18,373 bases of DNA, taken from positions 154,209,263 to 154,227,635 of the forward strand of contig JANKJI020000004.1 of assembly GCA_024626585.2 (NCBI GenBank). The letters are read 5' to 3'. The position numbers were made by a program, and so were the translations under genes. This stretch comes from Ginkgo biloba. Taxonomy: Eukaryota; Plantae; Ginkgophyta. Each line of letters starts with the position of its first letter. Within the stretch, counting starts at the first letter, position 1. The notes beneath the pieces are model-generated. The model was not told the DNA's origin. It searched no databases and saw only the letters and a list, made by a program, of their open reading frames with translations. Below are positions 1-10,054 of this stretch, piece by piece.

Positions 1-477
1 CTTTCTCGTTTGTGCTCATGGCTTCTTAGACTAACATTTGATGCACTTCTTCTATCATTATTGTAGTGTTAAATTTAGCGATGTTATAGTTGCTCACTCC
101 CTTCAAGGTGTCCTCCCCTGCTTTCCCTAAAGCCTTGGCATGATTTCATTTGCCCCCTTTACTAGTCATCTTCGACTTCGATTGGTCACTCATGTTATGT
201 TGTTGCCTTATTCCTACTAAGTCTTGCTCCTTCGTCTAACAAGCATGCCTTTTCATTCTTGTCTCCTTCGCAATTATCGGTTTTGCATATGTTTGACCTC
301 TCAACAATGTTGGGAGACCCCTTAGCTAAGGATGGGTTTTATTACTACTCATTGTTGTGCCTGTAGCCAAGCTTCTTCATAACTAGATCATTAACTTGCT
401 GTTTGACTCTTGCCTTGTGGTTAGAATATTCGTCCATTGTCACTCAGGGCCATCTCTCCTTCAAATTTTGGTGACGT
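1..477 (-). mobile_element. Decayed internal (5' leader/gag-proximal) region of the same LTR element, running off the window
   Basis: Purine-rich minus strand immediately downstream of the PBS, with no intact ORF. Confidence 0.5.
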
Positions 478-495
478 CCTAGCAATGAAACCAAA
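478..495 (-). promoter_or_regulatory. Degenerate primer-binding site, Athila-type (tRNA-Asp-like)
   Basis: Minus strand reads TTTGGTTTCATTGCTAGG against the Athila-type consensus TTTGGCGCCGTTGCCGGG. Five of the six differences are transitions. It abuts the LTR end. Confidence 0.6.
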
Positions 496-1456
496 TATTG
501 ACTAATAATGGGTTTTAGGTGTGGAGCCCATTGTCAACAAGAGGTTAACATTCATACATATATGAATTTAGCATGCATTGATTACACACAAAACATCATA
601 AATATAGTGCATGAATATCAAAATATACAGGTGTGGAATACAATCCTCATTTATAAATTCATTGAATGACGGTACATAGTAGTAAATGCTAGGGAAAGGC
701 CTCTCACACCAAACCCAGCCACTTATGCTCGACCTTCACGCCTTTCAACATCATTCTCTCTCCTATTTATAGTGATTTATCCCTCACAAATGCTAAATGA
801 TATTTTATTCACATGAAGTGGCATTTCTCCCAAGGTGCCCCTTCACTAATTACACAAATCCTAATTATCTTTTTATCATAAATGGATCATGATAATTCTC
901 ATTAAATGTGCCCTAACTGCTGCATTAAATCTGCCTTAAGTGCTCCATTAAAATGCCTTAAATCTTCCTCATATATGCGTTGTTGAATGTTGGCTTTGCT
1001 GTACGGACTATGCAGTCAGTCAGTGCAGACTGTACAGACAATTTGTGCAGATCATACGGTTGGCTATGCTGATGTATGTACAGACTGTAGGGACGTTCGT
1101 ATGGACTTTCCTTTGCTGTGTCACTTCTGCCATAACTACAACTTATGTAATAAACTCATCCCAATTGCCATAAATTCACAGGAATCTTGCTTTTGACTTG
1201 CTGGAATCATTCTTTGACTTGCTACAATCTGCTTTGACTTGCTGGAATTGCTCCACTATCTACTAGAATCTCTTGTTCTTGCCTGGAATCTGTTGTCCGT
1301 GGTTGGAATTTGCGTTTGACTATTTTTAGTTCTCTGTTATTTGCTGGAAACTGCCTGCCAATGAGTTACTGCCATGTGTCCAGATTATACAGAAGTGTCA
1401 AGCTACACACCAATTGACCACTCCAATCTTCTTCTTAGCTTCTCATTGCCCTAACA
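496..1456 (-). mobile_element. 5' LTR of a Ty3/gypsy (Athila/Tat-like) retrotransposon, ~960 bp
   Basis: The minus strand starts TGTTAGGG at 1456 and ends ...GTCAATA at 496 (CA>TA decayed terminus), directly followed by a PBS-like motif. TATAAATAGG lies on the minus strand at 762-771. Internal short tandem repeat blocks occur at ~901-965, ~1000-1108 and ~1181-1320. Confidence 0.7.
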
Positions 1457-1559
1457 CTTTGTGTGAATACAATTCATCCTCCCTTTACTTTAAAGAAGTG
1501 TGAGTGTTTTCAATAAGTATTGTGCATGAGTGCATGAATGACGATCAACACTTCTGCAT

Positions 1560-2110
1560 ATAGATATTTGTTTTCTAGTTATGAAAGCTGCTTTTTGGAT
1601 CTTGGATGACCCACTTTCTTATACAGAAAGTAATTGTCATTCTTGAGTTGTGTGCATGATTTTCTTGTATGGCGTGCAAGAATTTATCTTTGACAATGTG
1701 CACCAGTGCTAAGATATTGTGCCAAAAACATGTTTGAGGGTTAAACACCCTCTCTTGGGCTGACATGCCACATTAATGCCCCCTGAACTTTGAGAGAAAT
1801 TCTTTAAGCAATTTGTTGTCAAGTTCCTTTCCTCTTTCCTTTTTGCATGGTGGGGGGTTGCCATTGGCGGTTTACAACTGTCTGACTAAATGGATATTTG
1901 ATGGTTGTACAGTTGTTTGGAACATGCAACGATCTGAGCACCACTTTGTCCTCTTATTTTGTTATCTTATATTTTGAAATTTTGAAGGATGTCATGCATG
2001 AGTGATACATTCAGGACTCAACCTTGTTTTGTCTTGCTATTGTTCACAAGGATGACACCTCACTCTAGGAACTCTTTTTGAATAGGGCTCTTGTTGAAAT
2101 CTCTACTTTC
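1560..2110 (-). pseudogene. Possible highly decayed LINE ORF1 (DUF4283 plus zinc-knuckle) remnant
   Basis: Manual translation gives FNKSPIQKEFLE*, EDKVVLRSLH and YFLYKKVGH (possibly a decayed CxxCxxxGH), in the order expected for plant L1 ORF1. The matches are weak and frameshifted. Confidence 0.3.
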
Positions 2111-2146
2111 GTATTAGCTCCTTTGTGTTAGACTTTAATGTCTATT

Positions 2147-2448
2147 TGTAAAATACAAAACTTAGTTTTATATTAAGGCTAAGTTGTGTAGTGGTCACAT
2201 GTAGGTTAGTCTANNNNNNNNNNNNNNNNNNNNNNNNNNNNNNNNNNNNNNNNNNNNNNNNNNNNNNNNNNNNNNNNNNNNNNNNNNNNNNNNNNNNNNN
2301 NNNNNNNNNNNNNNNNNNNNNNNNNNNNNNNNNNNNNNNNNNNNNNNNNNNNNNNNNNNNNNNNNNNNNNNNTTTGAACATTACTCAATAAAACTCTATT
2401 GTTTTAACTCTCTTATTCTCTTTCTAGATCTGATGTGAAAAAATTATA
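2147..2448 (+). mobile_element. 5' LTR (partly in N gap) of a tRNA-iMet-primed LTR retrotransposon
   Basis: TGTAA at 2147 pairs with TTATA (decayed TTACA) at 2444-2448. AATAAA is at 2387-2392 and the PBS follows immediately. The left boundary is tentative. Confidence 0.55.
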
Positions 2449-2459
2449 TGGTATCAGAG
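2449..2459 (+). promoter_or_regulatory. Primer-binding site complementary to the 3' end of initiator tRNA-Met
   Basis: TGGTATCAGAG, matching the canonical plant PBS TGGTATCAGAGC. Confidence 0.85.
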
Positions 2460-3378
2460 TAGGGTGACTAAGGAGTGGAGGATTCAAAAGATCGGATGGG
2501 AGAGGCTGAGCAATTGTAAAATCTAACGGGAAGGAGTAAACAATGATTTTTGAATTTGATGTGCTCTGGTTCTGGTGAAGAATTTGTAAAAGTCGTTGTG
2601 GAGCGTGAGAACTAGGAAGGAGAAGCCATCGTGTGAGGAAGGAAAACTGCTATGGACTCCAAGACACGAAGAACGTAAGGAGGAACGTTCAAGCAATAGA
2701 GGCGGAGATGTGAGAGTGTAGAACCACCAGGAGGAATGTGAACCGCTGAGCATCATAGGATTACCGGGCGGAGAAAATCGAGCAGAACTAGCAAGGAGAT
2801 AACGCACCCACGAGAGTTCATAACCTATACATTGCGGACTAGATAGAGAGTGTGAGTCATCTTCACTAGAAGATTGCGGAAGACCTACGTGGGAGCCATT
2901 GGGCGTATGACGTGGAAGCGAACCACCGGGTGTAAGCGTTGCAGGCGAGTGGAAGCCTCTGGGAGACAACTGAAGAACGAGGCCGTTGGGCCATTCGATA
3001 CGAAGGAGAAATTGCCACTGAGCCAAATCCAAGAAAATTGTTGTTGGACGTAGTGCGGGTGAGAGTAAGTATCGTATGATCCACTGGAGAAGATTCGAAA
3101 GGAATGGAACACTAGAACCATAGTGTGAGGAAACACAATGGGCGTGAGGAACGTTTGCCACACGAAAACCACAACGTGAGGAAACGCGGGCACATTCACC
3201 GTGGGTGAGAAACAATGGGAGCCACCCGAAAAACTGTTGGTGCGGGTGAGAAGAATACTACTGTTATAGTCCAGGAAATCCTAGTTCTAAGCCTAGTCGA
3301 AGGGAAGTCAAAGATGGTCAAATGGGCTTAGAAAACCCTAAGAGAAGCTCTAAATGTATTAAATAAGGTCTAAGGAGT
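2460..3378 (+). mobile_element. Internal region of the LTR element, with no recognisable gag/pol motifs
   Basis: Purine-rich and CpG-retaining sequence after the PBS. The ATG at 2496 is quickly interrupted by stops. GTGAGGAA and GTGCGGGTGAG motifs recur. The region ends at a 100-N gap. Confidence 0.6.
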
Positions 3379-3478
3379 NNNNNNNNNNNNNNNNNNNNNN
3401 NNNNNNNNNNNNNNNNNNNNNNNNNNNNNNNNNNNNNNNNNNNNNNNNNNNNNNNNNNNNNNNNNNNNNNNNNNNNNN

Positions 3479-3846
3479 TAAGCCAAAAATTATTGCCACT
3501 TAAAATCTTCAGACAATCCAATCCATAATGGTTTTCAAAAAATAGTATGTTGTGGCAAGGCCCTGACTGTGATCCATTCCATGTTATCGGTTTTGAATTC
3601 AATAACGCTTTCTTGCAACAACTAGTCAACCTAGTTTCTTCAATATGCATCTCAAATTTTTAAAACAACAAAATGGGAAAATTATATGTTCACAGTTTAC
3701 CTAGGGAACTTTATAATATTGGAAGAAAAGGCAAGTGTTGGAGACCACAGGACTGATTTTCCCATAACCATTTTATGAATCATGTAGGCTGCGTTAGATG
3801 TGAGCCCAAAGGTTGGAGACCACAGAACTGATATCGCAGTAGCCAT
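3479..3846 (-). CDS. 5' coding exons (3846-3701 and 3630-<3479) of a putative nuclear gene with an organellar transit-peptide-like N-terminus; product unknown, 3' part lost in gap
   Basis: The ATG at 3846 is in AGAATGGC context with in-frame TAA TAA upstream. A 70-bp AT-rich GT-AG intron (3700-3631; AG|GTAAAC ... CTAG|G) joins in frame to give MATAISVLWSPTFGLTSNAAYMIHKMVMGKSVLWSPTLAFSSNIIKFPRLTSCCKKALLNSKPITWNGSQSGPCHNILFFENHYGLDCLKILSGNNFWL. It starts MA, is Ser/Thr-rich, and has no D/E in the first 80 residues. Confidence 0.6.
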
Positions 3847-3880
3847 TCTCTGCACCCTGCGGGCTGAAGGGGGATGTGAA
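3737..3880. repeat. Diverged 75-bp tandem duplication spanning the start codon of the putative gene
   Basis: GTTGGAGACCACAG(G/A)ACTGAT at 3737 and 3812, with similarity continuing through GGCTG...GATGTGA. The period is 75 bp (25 codons). Confidence 0.85.
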
Positions 3881-4043
3881 CAACATTATTACACCTGTTC
3901 AATCGAAATAGGATAAGCAAGTCAGTCAGACGACCATGTTTAAGTCACTGTTCTGACAAGCACAACATTCATTCAAAAGCTGAATGATTGATGCTTCCAG
4001 AACGATCGAGAGGCAATGGGGTTTTGATGGACGCCCATGGATT

Positions 4044-4080
4044 TCTCTCTCTCTCTAACATAGAGTGCAGGAGCCACGTG
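4044..4080 (-). promoter_or_regulatory. Putative promoter elements: G-box/ABRE (CACGTGGC) and GA repeat
   Basis: GCCACGTG at 4073-4080 and (TC)6 at 4044-4056, about 200 bp upstream of the ATG at 3846 on the same contig. Confidence 0.45.
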
Positions 4081-5459
4081 ATACTTCAATTTAATTTTTT
4101 TTTCCATCACTTCAATTTATTTATTTAATTGTGGATTTGCATGTGGAGTTGACAACTATGCAAATTATGAATCTTCCTAACAAAGTTTAGGGAGATGCAA
4201 ATGCTGACATGTTTTGCAAGAATGTTGTGAAGTTTGTGTTCTATAATCTTTGTAGTGGCTGTTTGGCTAAACCTTACACCTGACAAGGTGAAGTTCGCTC
4301 AACATGAATAGTCTTAAATGGATAATACGTTGTTTTAGATAAGACTATACATCGCTTTAGATAAGTCTATAGTGGCCTTCACTCAAAATCATTCCCTATT
4401 CGCTTGCTTTCAGTTTAAATCATGTCAGTAGTGAAGGTAAGAAACAACCTGAAAAATGACCTTATTTTTTTTCTCATGTGTATTCTGCCTGAGCTTGCTT
4501 TCATTTGATATGTTATTTAGGTATGCCCTTATTTGAAAGATTCAATTATTTTTTGAGCGCTGAGGTGTCCACAAGGAGTGTCACTATTTAAAATTTTNNN
4601 NNNNNNNNNNNNNNNNNNNNNNNNNNNNNNNNNNNNNNNNNNNNNNNNNNNNNNNNNNNNNNNNNNNNNNNNNNNNNNNNNNNNNNNNNNNNNNNNNCAA
4701 ACCCAATAAACATAATAAATGCAAAAAAAATCAGCATAGAATTTTAATGATCAAAAATCAAATTTGACATGCAAAGTCCTCCTTCCATATAAATGACGAT
4801 TTGTGTTATAAGTTGTTAAATAAATTATTTAAAAAAAAATCTTTTTCTTCCCATTATTATTTGATAAAAATAAGCGAATTAAAAATTTAAAAAATTGTTC
4901 ATATGGTCCCTTGTTTTGACAATTAGAAAATCTTACTGTGACTTTTCATTCGGGGGGGCTGGGAAATTAGATCTTTCTTTCACGAGTAAAATAGCCTCTA
5001 CATAGCCTTGGAGTCTGTCACGATGACAAGGCTTTGTTTTATATAAATAAATTCTACGTGGTTCGTCTATCAAGGCCACCCTGTCATCGTACATAAAGTT
5101 GCTGTTACAGGCAACCAGGATAAATTCGAATTTTGGAGGCTGTACTTCATGACTTGCAATCCACCAACGATCGTGCTTGTTTCGTCGCTTCTTGTGTCTT
5201 TTGTACATCCGTACTGCAGTCTACGCGGGGAAGCAACTTAGCATACATGAAAATTGTCGTAATGTCCTTTCTCTGCAATGGGTGCATTCATACTAATTTT
5301 ATAGTGACCCCTCCATGGAAATAACATTTTCTCTTCTTCAAATTTAAATGGTAGTTCTGTTTCTATGCCTTACTATATTCTGCACTAACATATTTTGGTC
5401 TCAAACTCGTGCAAATTTCTGTACTAACTTTTTTTGAATTCAGTATCAAATTTTGAACA

Positions 5460-6211
5460 AATGGACCCATGGATTTAATTTATAAGGGAAAGCATGACTA
5501 TCAATAAACAAGGTGAAGAGCTATCAATAAACAAGGTGAAGAGCATACTTTTGATCTTCAAAGATAGAATTTTATTGCTCAGAAAAAAAAATAGAAGACT
5601 CAGACTAGAAGACTCCAAGACTTTCCTTTTTCTCAATGATTCTTATGAACTTCAAGATTGCTCCAACCCCGATGATCTCAACTGAAGGGTCTGCCTCTTT
5701 TTATAACATCTTTGAGGCAGTGGAGTATCTTTGAGAACTTAGACACGTAAAAAGTATTTCTACAGTAATCCCACTATTAGAAAATTCGAGACGGGTCTTA
5801 GCCTTTTCATGAGCCAGTGTCTACGTCAAGAATCTTCTTTACATAAAATATTCCTAAAAATATTTACATGGCTTTAATCCATGGCATTCATCTATGGTCT
5901 TCATCGGATGATGATGGCGATGCTGGAGGAGGAGGAATATTCTCTTGTAATGCCTAGAAATCATGGTCATTGTTGACAATAGCATATAAAGGTCTATTAC
6001 CATTAACATATCTCCACCATACTTTACAAGGAAAATGTGTATACATCCAAATTACAAACCATTTGGATATATGAGTCATATGAAGTCTTGGAATATTGAT
6101 TTCCATCAACAATTTTGTCTTCATTAATGTGTCAGTCTTTACATAATCATCTAAATTCATGTCTTCACATGTAATGATCATTTTGATTATTTTTCCAATT
6201 TGATGGAAATG
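5460..6211 (-). mobile_element. Retro/pararetro-element 3' ORF end plus Pol II promoter and poly(A) signal (endogenous caulimovirid-like, or LTR-derived)
   Basis: The frame is open from the gap at 6211 to TAG at 5954 and continues ALQENIPPPPASPSSSDEDHR to TGA at 5888. Then come TGACG (5824-5828), ACGTGTC (5741-5747), TATAAAAAGAGGC (5693-5705) and AATAAA (5571-5576), all on the minus strand and in functional order. Confidence 0.4.
5498..5543. repeat. Perfect 23-bp tandem duplication
   Basis: CTATCAATAAACAAGGTGAAGAG at 5498-5520 and 5521-5543. Confidence 0.95.
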
Positions 6212-8879
6212 NNNNNNNNNNNNNNNNNNNNNNNNNNNNNNNNNNNNNNNNNNNNNNNNNNNNNNNNNNNNNNNNNNNNNNNNNNNNNNNNNNNNNNNNN
6301 NNNNNNNNNNNCCCCTTAGACTTGAAGCAGGAGCCAATTTGTGCTTGTAATAGTTTGCATGCTTGCAAGGTATATCCTTCTCTTATGTACATGTTCCAGA
6401 GGCTCTCTGTGTGCATTATCATATTTTCTTTATTTCTTTCTCCTGCTAGTACATAACTTTGTGAGTACATGTTCCTATGGTGCTGGCTGTCTGGTTTCAG
6501 AGGCATCACACTTGTCTGTGCCTGAGTGCTCAATTGATATTTTTGCTGTTTTTTGCATGGATTTAACTTCAGGCACTTGTAGTGAATAGCCTTCCATTTC
6601 CACCAATGTCTATGTCTACTATGTATATATGAATGTATAATGTGCATTTTGATTTTTAATGGCACATGGCATTATGTTTTCAGTTCTCCTGTGCTATATC
6701 GCACAAGATATTTCTTCTTTACCTCCCTTGTCTCAATCATTNNNNNNNNNNNNNNNNNNNNNNNNNNNNNNNNNNNNNNNNNNNNTGTGTCTTCCTCTAA
6801 AGAATGGCTGGCTTTTGCTATTATTGCTGCTTTTTTCTAATTTGTGGGAGTTCTTTTAACTGTTTGTGATGCTATAAATGGCTGGTGGAATAAAAAGGGC
6901 TAGTTACAAAATTTTTTTATCTAAGGAAGCTTGGTGTAATGTTTTTCTGCATCACAAAATTTTGAATTTTGTGTTACACAAATAAAGCAGCAATCAGATA
7001 CCCAATAAATAGTGGTCAGATCCAAGGTTAAGGGTTGCCCTCTTCAAGTTGGTTGCTCCATCTGTTTTGAGTTTCGTTGTATTTCTAAGCCAACTCATTT
7101 CACGATTGAAATGAAATGTAATAGGCGACTATTTGCGTGCCTAGTGGAATTTCGGGCAAAGTTGCTATAAAGAAACTAAGAAGTAATTTCTGTTTGCGAA
7201 GAAGAAAATGGCCTATGCACATGGCCTGGAATGGGGTACCAACTTTATCAAATTGGTTACACAATCTGTCTTGATTGGTTTCTGTTTTGAATTTGAGATT
7301 GGATTTGAGGGTTCTATTTTTGTTTTGTTCCAGTCTTGAAACTGTTTTCTGACAATATCTAAACCCTGTTGGGTCTCTGTCTTCCTCTTGCTGTTTCTAG
7401 TTCAATGTAATCCATGAGATGAAATGAAATGCATATACTATTCCACTATACTTGTGTGCATAAAGAAGTCTGAAGCAAGTTGTTATAACATCCAGGCAAT
7501 AATGCCTGTTTAGTAAGATTGAAAATGGCCTAGTGCATGCAGTTTGGTGAGGGATGATATTACTGTGGTTGAAGCTTGCTGCAATTGTCATCACATGTAG
7601 TTTTCAATGTATCTCTTGCAATTATAAACTACAGATAATAAATTAAAAAAGGGTACACTGAGTGTCTTGGTCTATTTGTCTGTGTTTGTATTCAGAATCT
7701 GTGAAAGAGGCTTCAACAAGTGGTTCTATCGTCCTACTTTCTTAGTTTTGACTTGTTTCACTGATGCTACTTTTGCCCCTACGTAGCCTCCTTGTGACCC
7801 CCTTCTCTCGCCTCACATCAGCTGTTTCTAGTCCAGTACAATCTATAGTCCCAGGATGAGATCGTGTGTACTGAGTGGCGTGATCTCAAAGCCACATTGA
7901 TCTTGAAATTCATTTATAATGAATTTTCTTGCCAGGGACATACATGTTGCATTGTAGAGATCTCTGTCAACTTCTGTTGTATATGTTTGAGAGTTCATTG
8001 TAGTTGGTAACAATTTTTTTCTCTGCAATTTTTGTTGATACAAAATATGGATTGAGACTCTGTATCCTTGACTTTGCCTTCGAAAGTGATGCATTTCCAC
8101 TTATTTTGGTTATTTCTATTTGTGACAAATTGATTGCGATGTCATGGTTTGAATCCCTTTTTTGAGGGAGTGATTAGGTAAGTGCTGGCATGGGAAAAAG
8201 TTTCTTGACATCCAAAGCACAATCCTTTCTTGCCATACATTTCGTATTCTTTCTACAGTAAGTTCGGATGAGTAGTGTTTGGTTTCTTCATACTTGTCAT
8301 CACGATGAGTTTGTTTGTAGAACTGGTGTTTTCTTGTACTTGTGATAGAATTTTCTTTTGGTAATATATCCATGGTTTTATGTCCTAGTATATTGTTGAT
8401 TTTTGTTGATTGTAAAGTAATATTATGCATGCAATAGTATTAAGTGTTTGTAAGCAAGATGTGATTTAAGTTATTTAGAGATTGAGCAATAAACCAAATA
8501 AATGAGCACAAAGAGTTGAAAAGTGGTTCCAATTTGGAAGAAAACCATTGAATTTGATGGTAGGTAGTTCAAATATGGTTTCTTTTAGATCAACATTCAG
8601 ACAAACAAATCAAGCAGCCAAATCAAAAGGATCCACAATTACATTTATGGATGATTTGCTAGAATTTCCAATGTTGGCTAACTCTATAAATGAAGAGAGA
8701 CACATGTATACTTGCAAATGCAACTAGCACAGAAGAGCTATAGAAAATGGCAATATTAAGTGAAGAGATTTTGTTACAACTCTCAAGAGGAAAAATAATA
8801 TTGGCATAAAAAATCCAATAGCACTAGCGTTATTAGAATATTATTGAGGCAGCATATAAAACAGCTAATGTATACCCAA

Positions 8880-9110
8880 AGTCATCACATGCCTATTTAA
8901 TGAGCTAAAAAATTTGCAACAAAAGAGGTATTAGTTCATATGAGATTATGATGGATGATTTAAGGCACTTGTGAGCAAACCGCCTTAATTCCTAAATAGT
9001 AGGAAGTGGATTGGATTGTATTCAGTGTAATAACCAATATTCAAGCTCAAGTAAACAAGAAGACCCAAGGACATGTAGAGATGCACTACGAAAGGCAATG
9101 CAAAGGTAAT
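8880..9110 (+). pseudogene. gag: Decayed Ty3/gypsy gag fragment (Retrotrans_gag-like)
   Basis: Frameshifted translation LFNELKNLQQ...DYDG*FKALVSK...EVDWIVFSVITNIQAQV...DPRTCRDALRKAMQ matches the gag pattern LxxLxQ...xYxxRFxxL...PxTxxEAxxxA. Confidence 0.6.
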
Positions 9111-9229
9111 AAGAGGTTTATTGGACTAGAGTAGATGCTCTATAGAAAACTATTGAGTTTATAGAGACAATATAAAAGTTCCAAGAATTAATTAATAAAT
9201 TGGCAAGTGGAGCTTTAAAAGAAAGGGAA

Positions 9230-9690
9230 GAAATATTTTGTAGAGAGTATGGTTCTTATCTTCTTGCCAATGAATGTTCATTGCAAGAAAGAAAATAACC
9301 ACTACCTCTAAATCCTTTTCAACCCCTACATCAGACCATAAGAGAGGCTCAGAGCAAGGTACTTGTATTATCACATCTCTAATGGATCTCTCTCTTTTCA
9401 AGATACTTTCAAAAGAAAGACAGACCAACTTCCATATATATTGACCATAAGGATATCCACAAACAAGATGTTACACACTTTCAAGTTTCTTAATTGCATC
9501 ACAACCTCTACTTACATCAGACATCTACATCCTTATTAATTTATCCTTCGCCATAAATTTTTTAAGTAGAACTTCCCATGAAAAAATCTCTTTTTAGCTT
9601 AAATCTCTATACACTATATGTCTAAACAAATATTGTTCCATTGGTACCCAAAGAATTCAAAGCTCCATATATTATTGATTCTCTTTATCA
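9230..9690 (-). pseudogene. Decayed L1-type LINE ORF2 C-terminal zinc-binding (zf-RVT) region
   Basis: In-frame KEIFSWEVLLKKFMAKDKLIRM*MSDVSRGCDAIKKLESV*HLVCGYPYGQYIWKLV matches the zf-RVT pattern KxFxW...DxL...CxxC...ESxxHLxxxCP...IW. Confidence 0.7.
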
Positions 9691-10054
9691 TCAAATGTTA
9701 ATAAGTTATATACTTTTTCAAATTAAGTATTTATTAAAGGAGAAAAATTTAAAGTCAAGCCACGATATATCTAACAATTCAATCATTTTGATTGGGGCAA
9801 GGTGATGTATTTTAAAAAGTCTTTCATATATTATTTTTTCATTGTTTCAAAGATTAAATTTAGTTTTGATTTCTAACTAGTTGCTCTACTTAAAATGTAT
9901 TGGGGTGACTGGGGTGATAAGTAAGGCTCTACTAGGTTTTGTGGGGAATGCACATGAACATTCTAAGACAAAGAGGGAAAAATCTTTGCAGTGGGGCGTT
10001 TAATTGACATGTCCATCATCGTTATTCGATTTGATAGACTTTAAATTCCTAGCC

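Noticed and set aside
1181-1320. Short repeats as a CRISPR-like array
   Set aside because: They are degenerate tandem units without unique spacers, in a eukaryotic LTR context with no cas genes.
308-1456. TGTTGGG at 308 as the other LTR terminus (solo LTR)
   Set aside because: There is no matching target-site duplication. The PBS-like site at 478-495 supports 496 instead.
2523-3215. 230-aa minus-strand ORF, the longest ungapped ORF in the window
   Set aside because: It is antisense to a purine-rich LTR-element interior, is Ser/Leu/Pro-biased and has no motifs. It is most likely a compositional shadow ORF.
7125-7273. GKVAIKKL, resembling protein kinase subdomain II
   Set aside because: There is no glycine-rich loop before it and no other kinase motif nearby, so it is consistent with chance.
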